NCBI GenBank assembly: GCA_964304625.1
Contig: OZ199840.1
Coordinates: 9,532,882-9,596,881, forward strand
Length of the DNA stretch: 64,000 nucleotides
Source: Kudoa neothunni
Taxonomy: Eukaryota > Animalia > Cnidaria
Direction: 5' to 3'
Shown here: in pieces, positions 13,378 through 26,192 of the stretch
How positions within the stretch are numbered: the stretch's first letter is position 1
Layout: each line of letters starts with the position of its first letter
Position numbers and translations under genes: made by a program
Notes under the pieces: generated by a model
Database searches by the model: none
Told to the model about the DNA's origin: nothing
The model's input: the letters and a program-made list of their open reading frames with translations, nothing else

Positions 13378-14617
13378 ATGAAGATCCTTGAGAGTAAAAT
13401 ACACCACGTCGGAGAATATTGCGTGAGAGCAATTTTGGATTTGGAACGAGTAGGTGATATCTATTGAAGGTAGAAAATTTAAAAATAACAATTTAGTTAA
13501 AACTTGACCCCGGTAGAGTATCAATTATGGTAAATATCCCATTGGCCACCGTAGAAACAATTAAATGGATTAACGATTCCACATACACCCCTGAAACCAA
13601 AAAACTAATACTGTCACGCATATACTACTTGGATAAAACAGAAGAGAACAATTTTTCGGTTATAAAATCAAGGATTGCAATGTGTGATGCTCAAGACCAT
13701 TACGAAACAACACAACTTTTGCTGCACAAGGTGTTGAAAGATGCCCCCTACACCACAGTCTCTATGCTACAAGCTATAGTGTCGGCAAACATGCGAACTA
13801 GTATGGCAGCTCAACCAATTATTAAATTGACTGAAGATTTCAAAATCAAGATGACCTACAATTTAAAATGCTCCCAGGCACTAAAATCACGAGATTTTGA
13901 CTATGAAAAGTATTGTTTTGATTTATTTTTATCCGCAGAAATCAACATACTCTGTTTAGCTATAAGGATGATGTGTTAAGGAAATTAGGCCCATCAGCTA
14001 TCAACCCAGATAACACCATTCTTGTCAATATCATCAAAATAAAAGTGATATCACGCTTCTACATAACCAATGATATTGAGAAATATGATGATTGTTGTGA
14101 GGAAAAAGTGCGCAATTTTAGATACGGATTCCATAACTTTTTTGTTTTGATCTCGCTGACCAGGAACAAAATAAACAACGTACAAATAAGAACTGGTTGT
14201 GGTTATAACAGTGACGATGTGGTCGAAGTGCTAAATGAACTTTTCAAAAAGTACGAAACAACAAAAGATCAAATGTTGTTTGTTATGGGTCCCGGTATTC
14301 CATGGGAAAAAGAACACATTTCCGCAATGACCAGAATTTTTGTTAACAATGAAGAACCTGTGGACTTTTTCTCTCAGGCTGGGGTATTCTGCGCTAGTTT
14401 CCAAGAACTCATACGTACAAAAAAATTCGAAGAAATATCGGGAAATGAAGCCACCTCACAATACATGTATCCACTGAAACGTTTGATGGATGACTTTGAG
14501 GTTTACATTCAAGATTGTCCAGTTATTGGGCCAGAAGAGGTTAATAGATATATAATCGAAAAATTTAAAAATTTCACCGAGTCTGTCTCAACCGAAGAAC
14601 TCTATTCCCCTAAATAA
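13378..14617 (+). CDS. Intact 387-aa protein with Tc1/IS630-transposase-like architecture but no catalytic DDE (putative domesticated transposase); exons 13378-13449, 13497-13909, 13939-14617
   Basis: A 47-nt intron (GTAGGT..TTTAG) and a 29-nt intron (GTATTG..CCGCAG) fuse ORFs 13527 and 13973 into one uninterrupted frame. Two HTH-like segments precede an RNase-H-like segment that aligns by eye with the Tc1 copy at 21172-21776. No TIRs seen. Confidence 0.7.
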
Positions 14618-15038
14618 ATCCAAACCCATTAGACTCTAGTTGTAGCCATATTTTCTAATCAAACAGCTTTTTTGGTATCATATGGATTTGTTCAATTATT
14701 TATTTTTATATTTATTCACACAGTATAAATTATAATTCTTCATATTAACTAATGACTAAAACCAGTTTTATACATTGTTTATCTTCTTTGAATGATTCAC
14801 TAATAAAGGTCACCAAACTTCTTTGATTAGTGTAGTTATGAGCTGGCATATTTTCATCGTTATAATATATATATATATTAATATTAATTAATTATGCATT
14901 TAATGATTATTAATATTTCCAAATATTAGATCTGGTAAATACTTATAAAATTTTATCTTTTAATAATTATGAAATTTTTTAGAAATTAAGAGGAACATCA
15001 TTCGTTAACTTCACATTAATTTTAATGACTCCCTAGAG

Positions 15039-15649
15039 CAGTGTTTCTCAACCTTGGATCATATGACCCACATACGGGTCATGGCAGATGTTGTGTAGGT
15101 TATGAAAAATTTTCTGATTAGTTAATATTTAAATGAAATTAAAGATTTTTTATTATTCAAACTAATGTGCATGCAAATATTTATCATCAACGAAATAAAC
15201 TTTTAAACATTTGATTTAACATAGAACTAGATTTAAGTTATAAAATATTCAACTTTGATAAATAATGTGCCTATGTTTAAAAATATAAGAAAGTATTGGA
15301 ATATCTACCAATTTTAATTTAAGGAGAAAATAGTAATGAATTTTTTCACATATTTTAGATTCAATAAGGAAAATTATATATAAAATAATTAAAATGCGAG
15401 AATATCACGAAAATCATTAAAAACATCATGTGGTAAGTCGATAAAGGAGTAGCCTAGTGGTTTAATAATTTTGGTTTCAAGCGAAATATTATTACTTCAA
15501 AGAGCAGCAAAATTAGAGCTAAATAATATTTTTAAATTAACGGAGTAAAAATAATTATGATAAAGTATACGACTTAAATTATCATATATAATACCGGATA
15601 TTTTTTTGAAAACAAATGGGTCACGGCTAAAAAAGATTGGGAGACACTG
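15039..15649. mobile_element. hAT (Charlie/Buster-like) non-autonomous element
   Basis: TIRs CAGTGTTTCTCAACCT / AGATTGGGAGACACTG with subterminal TGACCC/GGGTCA motifs. TSD not clean. A related copy starts at 28064. Confidence 0.7.
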
Positions 15650-15789
15650 CTTTAATGGTATATCTTTTTGTATAGTAAACCAATACCTATTAGATTCCTA
15701 TTATTTTTCTAATAAAGTTTTGTCTTTGGTTTGACGAAAAAAGTTTTTTCGAGCAATTATTGTATAAGTTTTAATTTTCATTTTATCTC

Positions 15790-16514
15790 GTAATGGTCGT
15801 TGGGGTGAAATTTACCCCATATTTTTTTGGATTAAAAATATTTCAAAAGATGTAAACAATTTATAACGTAAATATAATCAAATTCCTATGAGTAGTTTTT
15901 GTAGAAAGTAAGGAAATGTTAGATCAATTGATTAAGGCGCATGCGCCAATTATATGAAATGAGTGATTTTCTTAAAGAAGTCGTTGAACAATTAAACAAA
16001 ATGTTGTTGACAACAAATACCACTAACAAAGCAATAAAAATAGGTCTCAGCATTGTTTATACACCCCAACAGGAACCTCTTCTTAATGCAAAGCGAGAAA
16101 CACGTGGATACAGTGAGAGGAAAAATGATAAAAAATTTCTTAAACGGCGCGAATATTGTTATAAATTTTATTGTCAATTTCACTCATTTAAAAACTGTTT
16201 TAACTTACCGTAACTTTCAAGAATTCTTCGTATGTTTTGTTTTAATATTTCAACTGGCGCAACACATTTAATTCCGCTGCATCAACGCAATTACTTTTTT
16301 TAATGAAACATCGATGTGTACCGATATGGGACGGGTCGTAAACGAAGCTGATTATCGCGTGAATTACGTCAACATTTAATATACATTTACCAGTGTTTTA
16401 TCCAAAGGAATTATGAATTATTCTATGATATTGATTATTAGATTTTTTTAAAGTGTTATAATTCAAAAAAATGTGGGGTGAAATTTACCCCAAAGTCCAA
16501 TACACGTTCAAGGT
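15790..16514 (+). mobile_element. Internally deleted piggyBac-like element
   Basis: Subterminal palindrome GGGGTGAAATTTACCCC at 15802 and 16475. ORF 15941-16213 ends in a Cys/His-rich tail (KKFLKRREYCYKFYCQFHSFKNC) resembling the piggyBac C-terminal CRD. Confidence 0.55.
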
Positions 16515-17514
16515 TTTTGGTATCTAACATTTTTTGTTCGGATACCGAAATTTCGTTTAGACAAAGCTTACTGTGTGCGCTTGCGCGAAATGGAAATTTG
16601 GTGGTCGCTACAGGTTATATTTTTCACGATTCTAAGTTTGATTTATTTTTAAAATGCAATTTTACTATATATAAGTTAGAATAATGATTAAAAGGTAAGA
16701 ACATTGCTTTAAGATGTAGTAAAATCTAGATCTAATGTGGGATGCCCGCGCATACCATTGAGAAGTGAAAACATAATATTACTGCATTGTATTAGAATGA
16801 AACTTTCTAAATTCAACAACTGAGTTATTATTAATAAATTAATCATTTCTTTCCGATTCGTATATTGTAGGTTGTATAAATAAAGATCATAAGAATAATT
16901 AAAACACTAATAAGTAGAAGTTTCGCAGAGTTCTCCATAAAGATTTTTAATATTTCTTCTTTATTTAAGATAAGACTTACGCTAATGACCTTCTATTAAT
17001 TGGTGAAAATTACGACTCGCTAAGATTTTTGGGGGTGAGAGTGTTGCGGAAAAAGTACTAAAGTGTGATTATTGTTGGATTGAGCCAGCTCCATAGATAC
17101 ATTGATCTTATGAAATCACTGATAATTTTTATAAACTTGGAGAGTATAACCTCTTATTTGTTATATTAAATTACACCTGAAAATGTAGAAGGTAATTTGC
17201 CTCGCTCAAACATTGGTCTGTTCACAATGAAGATGGTTGCATTTTGAACTCCAAATATTATATTATTTATGTCCCATTGTCACTGTTAATCAACGATAAA
17301 ATTAAATTAAATAACAATCAAATGCATCGTAAAAATAAACCCACGTGACATTTAATCAGGCGCTAATCTTGACTTCAGCGTACTTTTATCCGAAAATTCC
17401 AACCAAAAGTGTTTCAGAGTGCACTTTCGGAAATATTGGTTAATGAAATTTTTCTATTTAGAATAAACGTTTATTTCAAGCAAATTTAAAAAAATCGTTT
17501 TAATTGCGCAATTT

Positions 17515-17621
17515 TTGGCTAATCTTCTTATATATGTTTACAAGTGATTATTATTATAACATTGAATACTGTATTATAATAATAATAATCACTTGTAAAC
17601 ATATATAAGAAGATTAGCCAA
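17515..17621. repeat. Perfect inverted repeat, 43-bp arms with a 21-nt spacer
   Basis: TTGGCTAATCTTCTTATATATGTTTACAAGTGATTATTATTAT (17515-17557) is the exact reverse complement of 17579-17621. Confidence 0.95.
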
Positions 17622-18498
17622 CAAAATTATAAATTACATGTATCAACAAGCAAGTCGATTGTATTAGTGTAGCAAAATTTTACTATTTTCTTATTTTTAT
17701 TGTATTTTTTATTTTGTAAAAGGTTCTTTCTACAAAAATGACACGTGAAAAAACAATGGATAGAATTTTTTTCTTACGAATTTTAATTGTAATTAAACTA
17801 TAAAGTTTTGCAAATTGTCGCTTTAAATATTTCATGACAAAATTTCTTCAATAAAATGAGTTTAACTTTTGTTGTAAAGCAAATAATTGAATAAAGAAAA
17901 TTTATAAACTAAAGCAATTATTAATTGATTGTTTCGAATTTTTACCAAGTTTGTAGTCGATTTATAAAAAATGATAGAGCAGATATTTTATAATATCATG
18001 GGTAAAATTTATTTAATGTTTGAATCGTGTAATTTTGGGAGCAAAATATTATTAAAATTGTTGTTGAAGAGTATCCATACTTTAGAAATTAATGTATGAA
18101 TATTGGTATGGATTTTCATTGGTTTTTTTAAATTTAACAACGATTTCACGTGTGTCGACGGCGTTGAATTCGGAATTTGGTAGAAAAATTAGAAATTATC
18201 TTAATTAGCTGAATCCTTTCTCTCGATATTATTTTATTTTATTATGAATTATAATGGGAGGATACACGGAAAAAGATGCGTAAAAATGTATTTTTAGATC
18301 CCTAATCCTATCCTATTACCAGATCAAAAACTCACATAAATTTAAAATAAACATTCGTTAACCCAAATTCCCCTAACACTAAAAATTAGCATACGCATTT
18401 AAATAATATAATTAACATATTTTAACCGATGGACAGCTATAATTAATGAAACCCTTAATATTAACACAGATCACGTGATCTAACATATATAATCCTCA

Positions 18499-18578
18499 AT
18501 GTGATACGTCAAAGTCTCAATTTTAGAATAAAGGATCGAAATACTTTATTCTAAAATTGAGACTTTGACGTATCACAT
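18499..18578. repeat. Perfect inverted repeat, 35-bp arms, 80-nt hairpin
   Basis: ATGTGATACGTCAAAGTCTCAATTTTAGAATAAAG, then GATCGAAATA, then the exact reverse complement. Confidence 0.95.
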
Positions 18579-19749
18579 CACATTTAGGGCTTATGTACCA
18601 TTTTCTTTATTCCATATTGTATATTGTCATGTTATTATTATTTTAGATATTGGCGATTGAACATTTAAATTATTAATTAATTACACTGTAAAAAATATGT
18701 TAGTGATGATTTTTGTCAATTAAACACTATTTGCATAGTCATTTTAAATGAACTATTATTGTAAAATATTTAAGGTTAGAAGCATTTGTGAATTCTAGAA
18801 AAAGTATTAAATCAACGTCACAAATTCATTCGATTAGAGAAACAGCATACATATAAAAACCGAAAAATTTCCTCAAAAGAATGTTTCGAAAGAAAAACAA
18901 AATAAAATACATTAAGCAATCCTGATTCCTATAGTATTATAATGATTCCTTATATATTTTACTTCACATTTCCATGTAAAGTTCGAAGTTCGCTAGGCAC
19001 ATTATCCAAGAATCAAAGCTAATTTCATTTCTAATGTTAACCTTGTACATAAAAACCCCACCGAAAACTTGCCATCATTTTTATGAGTACAATGTAAGAC
19101 GGGTAATAAATAATCTTTTGGGTTGTAGAGAATGTGCCGATCACCAGCAATGTTGAAGAATTGGCATTTTTAGTTCAAGCACAATAATTAACATATTGCC
19201 TTCCTAAAAATGGGTTCGAATAAATATACTTTCTTATCAAAAAAGTTTGTATTTTTAGTTTATATTTGATTGTTGGTCAAAAATACAAAAACTTCTCCAA
19301 GTTGATGTATGTATTCACATACAATAGGATAATTGTTTGGAAAGTAACCTTTAAGTTATTCGAGGCACTTAAAAGTTTCTTTCGAATTATAATATTCTTC
19401 ATAATTTTCCAAACAATCAGAACCAGATGAATTCCCCATAATATCCGGAATCTTCATTTTATATCGTAGTTGCCAACATATTCAGAACAACTAGTGACAT
19501 TCTCCTCGTTTATAGATTCAAGTAAATTGAAGAAATGTTTTAATCCGATAAGACCAAAGATTCTTCTTTATTTCCTGTTGTATCTAAATGATACTTATTT
19601 AACTAAAACCCTTTCATGGTCAATTTTATCACATACATCGAAAATAAATCCTACTTTAATAAAAAATAAATATAATTTATTTGTCACATTTACCTAGGTT
19701 CTTTTTTTCAAAATAAGGCATCTAGAATGTTTAAGGGCTTGAGTTCGTT

Positions 19750-20400
19750 GGAATTTAAATTAAAAAAAGTTGATCTCTTTATAAAATACACTTTTCGAAT
19801 GAGTATTAAAGGAATAATAGCACTTTGATCCATGGGTTATAATAATGAAATTGTGTTTCTAGGAAAAAAGGTTAATTCGATACTGGAGGATTCTAACGGT
19901 GGGTGGCCATTTACAACGGACTCATGTTTTTCATCTAACATTGTTGAACCTAATAAAGTGTAACATTTTTTTGAGCGGCTGGATCATTTAATTAACATCC
20001 CGTTAGAAAGGACATAACATCATCCTAAATAAAAAATTTTACCAAAAAATATATCTTGATGGATTAAAATATTAATTATAGTCTAGTGTTGTTGGTAGAA
20101 TAAAAATGTTCCACCTAAATTAAAAACTTGTTGAATATATAATTATACAAAACTTCAATTGCAATTTCCAATCATCAACAGCTTCTGCATCTTTATTAAT
20201 TTCAGTTTTCTTTGATAAGATTTTCTAAAGTAGATATAAACTTTAGACAAATTTTTAAGAGAATGGCTACTCGCTTTCGGAGGAAGTTGACATTTACGAT
20301 ACTTTACTACATTATGTTTCTCCTTAAAAGCAAATCGTTTATGAGTTTTTTATAATCAAATTGCAAAGCAGGTTGAAAACTGCGCCCATCCCTAACACGG
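19750..20400 (-). mobile_element. Decayed pogo/Tigger (DDE_1/CENP-B-like) transposase fragment
   Basis: GHPPLESSSIELTFFPRNTISLL*PMDQSAII matches the pogo motif FLPPNTTS.LQPMDQGII; EAVDDWK lies upstream. Confidence 0.65.
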
Positions 20401-20709
20401 CAAAAAATAAGCGCACACTACACAAAAATGACGATAATGGAATTTTTACGGCATAAATCGACAAAATAAATATTCTAAAATGTATTTTTTGTTTTATTTA
20501 TTAATTTAATGCAGATAAATTAATAAAACACATTAAAACTCACTTAATTTATGCGTAAGATAAAAAAAGTGCGAATTAGCCTTCACCCATCGTACGAGGA
20601 TTTTCGGCCATAAAAAACTTATAATCGCAATTAAAAATTCATCTGTCTCATCACAAATATTCCCAAAATTCAAAATGTCAAGTTTACAGTTTATCCCTAT
20701 GACTTAATA

Positions 20710-21847
20710 CAGTATTTCAACATCTAAATGCAACGGCGTCGGATTAAGATTAAACTGATTCGCGAAATTACAGATAACCACGTCGGATCATAACTCCCCA
20801 CAGCTAAACGTCACCGAAAGAAAATATGTTTCTTTAGACGGCCCAAAGAAAGAAATTGCCATTAGGTTATCCAAAGTATATGGCGTTAGTTAAACTGTTT
20901 TTGAGAGATGTTAAGGAAAATTGTACCTATGGCCGAATTGCCACAACAATTGGCGTTGGCGTTCACATATCAACATTTCCACGGTTCTTCAAAAAAAGAA
21001 TTCGAGGATGACGATGGGCCCGATGAAGAATGCATTCCTAACAAAAGAGACGGGGACAGGAGGTCAAAATTGACAACCATCCTCAAAAAATTTCAATGGT
21101 ACCTCCCTGTTGCGAGAAATTTTCAGGATTGCATATCAAAACGCAAAAGTGTTTTAATTAATTAACAACAAATGTTATATTTATTAGTTGTTTTAGAATA
21201 TCTGCAATGTAAAACACTCCATTTTCCTGTAATTCACATTGATGAGTGTGGCTTCTCGCTCTCTATGAGACGAATATTTGGAAGGTCATTTTCAGGTTCA
21301 AGAGCGAACTTGAAAATAAAAAGTATTCGATCCAAAAACATCACATTGCTAACCGCTATTAGCCCTGAAAAGGTTTGGACATTTCGGCTGGGAAATAACA
21401 CTGTGAATTAGCAGGTTTTCCATATTATCATAGAAGAACTTCTTGATGAATTATCGAACGACGGAATTCAAAGCGCGTTGTTAATTATGAACAATGTAAG
21501 GTTTCATAAAACAGATCTTATTCGGCAAAAAATTGGTTCAAATGGGCACACACTTTTGTCTCTGCCTCCGTATTCATCATTCCTCAACCCTATAGAGGAA
21601 TTCGTTCACCAAGTAAAATCGATTGTCTGAAGAAAAACGTCCACAAATACAGATGAATTAATGGAAGCTACATGAATAGTCCTGATGAAATAACATCTGT
21701 CCAACTTCAGAGTTATTCTAATCACACAAAGTCATATCTCCCAAGATGTTTAAATGTGGAAGAAATAGAAAATTAATACTTATATGTTTCCTAATTTATT
21801 AATCCATATTGACAACATCACTGTTGCATTCAAGTCTTGAAATACTG
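20710..21847 (+). mobile_element. Tc1/IS630-family DNA transposon (DD34E), inactivated
   Basis: TIRs CAGTATTTCAA..AATGCAAC / GTTGCATT..TTGAAATACTG flanked by TA. Motifs HIDECGF, LIMNNVRFHK and LPPYSSFLNPIEE with 34-aa spacing; second D is now N; stops and frameshifts present. Confidence 0.9.
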
Positions 21848-22290
21848 TATTATGTAGTTTTTGATTAAAAAATAATGGTGTATTAAATAATACATTCATT
21901 TATTCTTAATTTAATAACCAATACTTGATTATTAAATTCTAATTATATTCTAAACTTGTAATCTGCCAACGTTAGAATTCTTAGTGGGTTGCACGATGGG
22001 TATATCTATTAGGTATTCATCTAATGGAAATTTTTGGCTCGGCGGAAATTTTCAAAGTCAATTAATTTATTAATAAACAAAAAAATAGTTTTTTAACGAT
22101 CAATTTCGAATTTACCGGATATTTCTTTGAGGTAGTAAACTTCTACGGATAAGCGATTCACACTGGCTTATGAATAATAGAAGATTAACAATAAACGTTG
22201 GTAGAAATTGTACGGCGACAAAAAGTAACCACCAATAAACGAGAGCAATTGAAACAAGCGACTACTAATTATAGATTCACGAATAAATAT

Positions 22291-23789
22291 TTAGCTAATA
22301 TCTGTCTCGTCAGCGAAAGAAAGGTTGAACCAAACTTTGAGTTTATCACAGAAACTGTCGTGCAACCGCACTAAGGGTTTAGGTTTCAAGATTCTGTCTG
22401 GCAACCAGTGGACAGCGAAGATAGTCAAGATAAACTGCAAGAAAAAACGCTACAACCTGCGGGCATTGTTGTAAAAAGCCATAACCACCATATAGATTGA
22501 AACCAATTGAATAAACAAGGGGAACACAATAGGGACTCTGAATCTGGCGACTAAATCTTTCCTTTTGATTTTAAAGTAGATTAACCGCGGTCATCACCAT
22601 AAAGTAGAACATCCATGTGACAAAGGCGGCGTAATCTAGCAAAACTTCATATTTGGTCGGGACAAAGATGGAGGAAGACAGCAGAATGAAAAACAACGAG
22701 ACAATAGGGGTTCTTTGGGTGCGGTGGAGAAGCGAGAACATTCTTGGAATTTCTCTCTCGTATCCAGACACGAGTGCCACTCTAGCCACTGACCAACATT
22801 CCACCATTACAAGCACCGAAAGCCGAGCAGCAAATGAAGATTGGAATAATAAAGCTGGCCTTGCCGTACATTGCAGAGGCGAAATCAATAGCTACGGTAG
22901 CAGACGATGATACTGTATCATAGCCAAGCACGCTGATGTACGCAATTATAGTGGAGGTGTAGAGAAGAAGTACCACTATTACTCCAGATCCAATGGCAAG
23001 CGGTAGATCTCTGGAAGGATTGATCATCTCTTCCAACAATAGCACCAGGACCGTTCCATCCTTCATAACTCCACAACACGTTGATAAAAACTGTGCCAAG
23101 GAATAAGGGGTTGAATTCGGCGATAGTGAAAGGAGCTTTCAAATATTTCACATTTCCCATACCCATCCAAACGAATCCAGTAATGATAATAATCAATAAA
23201 GCCAACATTTTTGGTGACCGTGAAAAAAATTTGAGTCTTATTGGCCAATTTAATGCTGACCACATTAATAAAGAAGACAGTAACTAATATGAAGAAAATT
23301 TAGCCGGCAGAGAAAAACAAAAAACTCCTACAGAGAACGGCATATGCAACCAACATGGTTGGCACCTCCGTTTTTTTGCAGTTGGGAAGAAACATTTCGA
23401 CAAAGTACTTTCCAGTGGTGATACCAAGTGCAGCAAAGGTGATACTCTTCACAATGAACACATATGCATATGTGAATGTAACACCGAATCGATATCCAAA
23501 AGATTCGGCAAGATAGGTACGTTCACCACCGGATTTTGGAATAAGACCTCCAAGTTCAGCATAAGAAAAGCCCACCAGCCAACGAAAATCACTCCTCCTA
23601 TTGTCCAATAAATAATTAAAAGACCGATACTGGGAGGGGTGGGCCTTCATGGTGGACCCGACAGTCATAAAAATTCCAGAGCCCACAATACATCCAACAA
23701 CAATGGAGAATGCACCGAGAAACCCGATGGTTTTGTTGGATGAGCGTTGAATGTTTTTTTTTCTCGCCTTCCTCAATCTCCAAAGACAT
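22291..23789 (-). CDS. SLC7/LAT-type (APC superfamily) amino-acid transporter; frame broken by several +1 insertions
   Basis: Motifs IVGSGIF, YAELGGLIPKSGGERTYL, WSYEGWN, EEMINPSRDLPLAI and RTP. Intron near 23284-23331. Confidence 0.88.
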
Positions 23790-25574
23790 ACCTGCTAAAC
23801 ACTGCTCAATAGTAATCCACGCTTAAGATGTTATTCGCTTAAAGGATCAAACCGATTCTTACCACATCAATAACGACTAACATTAATCCATTAAATGAAG
23901 CTTTCCAGTGGGCGTTAGCAAGGCGCAATATAGATAAAATGGTGATGATATTTGGAGTATAATAGATAACTCTAATCGTCTGGATGTTCGAGCAAATTTG
24001 AGAATTCTCCCTCGTCGTTGTTGAAGGTTTATACACTAAAGCACCATCCAATTACAGCCCACATATATTTTTAACAAAATAATCAACAAGCTTCTCAAAG
24101 TACTTTAGACAATAATTGAAAAATGCAAATAAAATTAATGACATTTGTTTTGCAATATTCTTAAACATGACTGTGGGTTAATCCTTAAGGTATGTTAATG
24201 TAAAGTTTACAATGTCGAATTGATTGATATGATTGAAACTTTAAGGTTATAATACATTAATTGTTTAGTTGTATAATAAGAAAACTTTAAAAAGTCTCTT
24301 TTGGTGATTTACCGCAGAAGGAACTTAGGGGTCTTTCACCTCACAGGGATTAGGAAAACGTGTGAATGATTAAAATTTAATCGTTACAAATTATTTAGAC
24401 GAAATTAATTAAAAAACAATAATTTCATTAGATTTTGCCCAGGTGTAACAAATTTTTCATTTAATATAAATTTTTTCCTTATTTTTATCCTAATAATTAT
24501 GTAAATATAGGAATATCATAATGCAAATACTAGATTATAACATGCAATAACAATAAAATGTCTAGAGTTTGCCTAATCTGACAATCTAATTTTGTATACT
24601 ACACAATTAACTGTTTGATCCCGTGTCTTTAGGGTGTTATAGGTAAAAGTGCATAACAGGTAGGTCGGTAGATTTGTTATTAATCTCTGTGTTTATTTGT
24701 TGTGTTATTATTATTTAGCTATTCAGTGTTATTGATAAGTCGCATTATAAATGTGAGTAAAGTTGAATTTGATTTTAAGATGTATTACGACAAAAATATT
24801 GATAAAACTGACTTAATTTACATTCCACATCTGAAAGTCATAAAATGAGCTCATAAATTAATGCAAACTCCATGACTGTTTCCAATAGCTAAGAAAGCTG
24901 TGAATGAATCCAACGAATACAATTAAAAACGAAACTAATTGCTTATATTAAAATTTAAACTTTATTTGTATCCCATCTTTTTGATTATCATTTTAGTATA
25001 CACGAAGAATACCCCCAAACATTCGTGTTATAGTTAAAAATTTGTTTTAATAGGAATGTATACTTCAATTACTTCTAAATAATTTTTCTAATATGGATGA
25101 ACCTTATGATTGGTCACATATAGGTGGAAATTTTGCCAGCAATAAAAAAACATCGAAAATTCATTGAAAACCCGTAAAAATTTATTTTTGATATTACATC
25201 TGACAAATATGTTTTGATGGAAAAATTAATATTTCTATTTGTGACGTCTTCAATGATCTTTTTACCTCCAATACCGCATTTAATACCAAGGTCTTTATTG
25301 ATAGTTTGTTGGGATACATTAATTTTTGCGAATAATTCCTATTATCGTGATTAGTTGATCAGAATTTGTCAAAAAATGTATCTACAACCCATCAAAATGC
25401 TCTAAGTTTTTTTTTGCAATTAAGAGATTATATCACTAAGTTGTATATAACAGTATTCATGTTATAATATAGTAGTATCTACGGTTCAATAAAGAATGAC
25501 TAATTTTTCGATTAATAACATTGAAATACATAATTTGAACTTAAATTTTTAATCTATCTATATACATCTATATA

Positions 25575-26192
25575 CAGTCGAATCTAGATTATCCGGAATA
25601 AATTTTAAATATTATTTGGATATTATTGGCATTACGTGCCAATAAATGTTCGATTACCCGGAAATTGGAAGAACTATTTAATCACATTTCCGGATAAAAG
25701 TAGTGCAAATCACCGTACCACATATACAATGTAACATATATACCAATGCGACATTTAAAATGACACTATTTCTAGATTATTTATTAATGAATTTATCGTT
25801 TAAAACCTCAGTTAAGCATCTAGTTAATACATAAATTTGTACTATATCTGAACGTACACCTTTATATATATTAAACCTACATTAATCACCAATTATTTAA
25901 AAAAAACAGATTACTCCTCTGTTCTGTGGACGTGTAAAAACTGCCATAATTATGTACTGTTTTTCCTTTGAGTCTTCATATTCTTAGGTAATAAATATGT
26001 CAAAATTAATAATTTAAAAATTTTAATGGCAAAAGTTAAAAGATTTTACTTAATAAATAATTAAAAATTGCTTATTAATCAATTAAACAATACTTTATGT
26101 AGAAATTTAAAAAAACCATGAGCGTACAAGACTTTGTTTAGGTTAGATTAACCGAAATCTCGTTATCCGGAAAGAAAATCGAGGTTTGACTG
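25575..26192. mobile_element. pogo/Tigger-like MITE
   Basis: TA|CAGTCGAATCTAGATT ... AATCGAGGTTTGACTG|TA, with internal TTATCCGGAA repeats. Confidence 0.75.

Noticed and set aside
13527-14617. Two overlapping ORFs as a viral or prokaryote-like operon, or a programmed frameshift
   Set aside because: A canonical 29-nt GT-AG intron joins them in frame, so a single gene is the simpler explanation.
17160-17290. LTR integrase remnant (SDNGT) on the minus strand
   Set aside because: Only a single short motif, insufficient support.
25200-25420. Second Merlin fragment (GIGGKKIIE)
   Set aside because: Too short and degraded to call.
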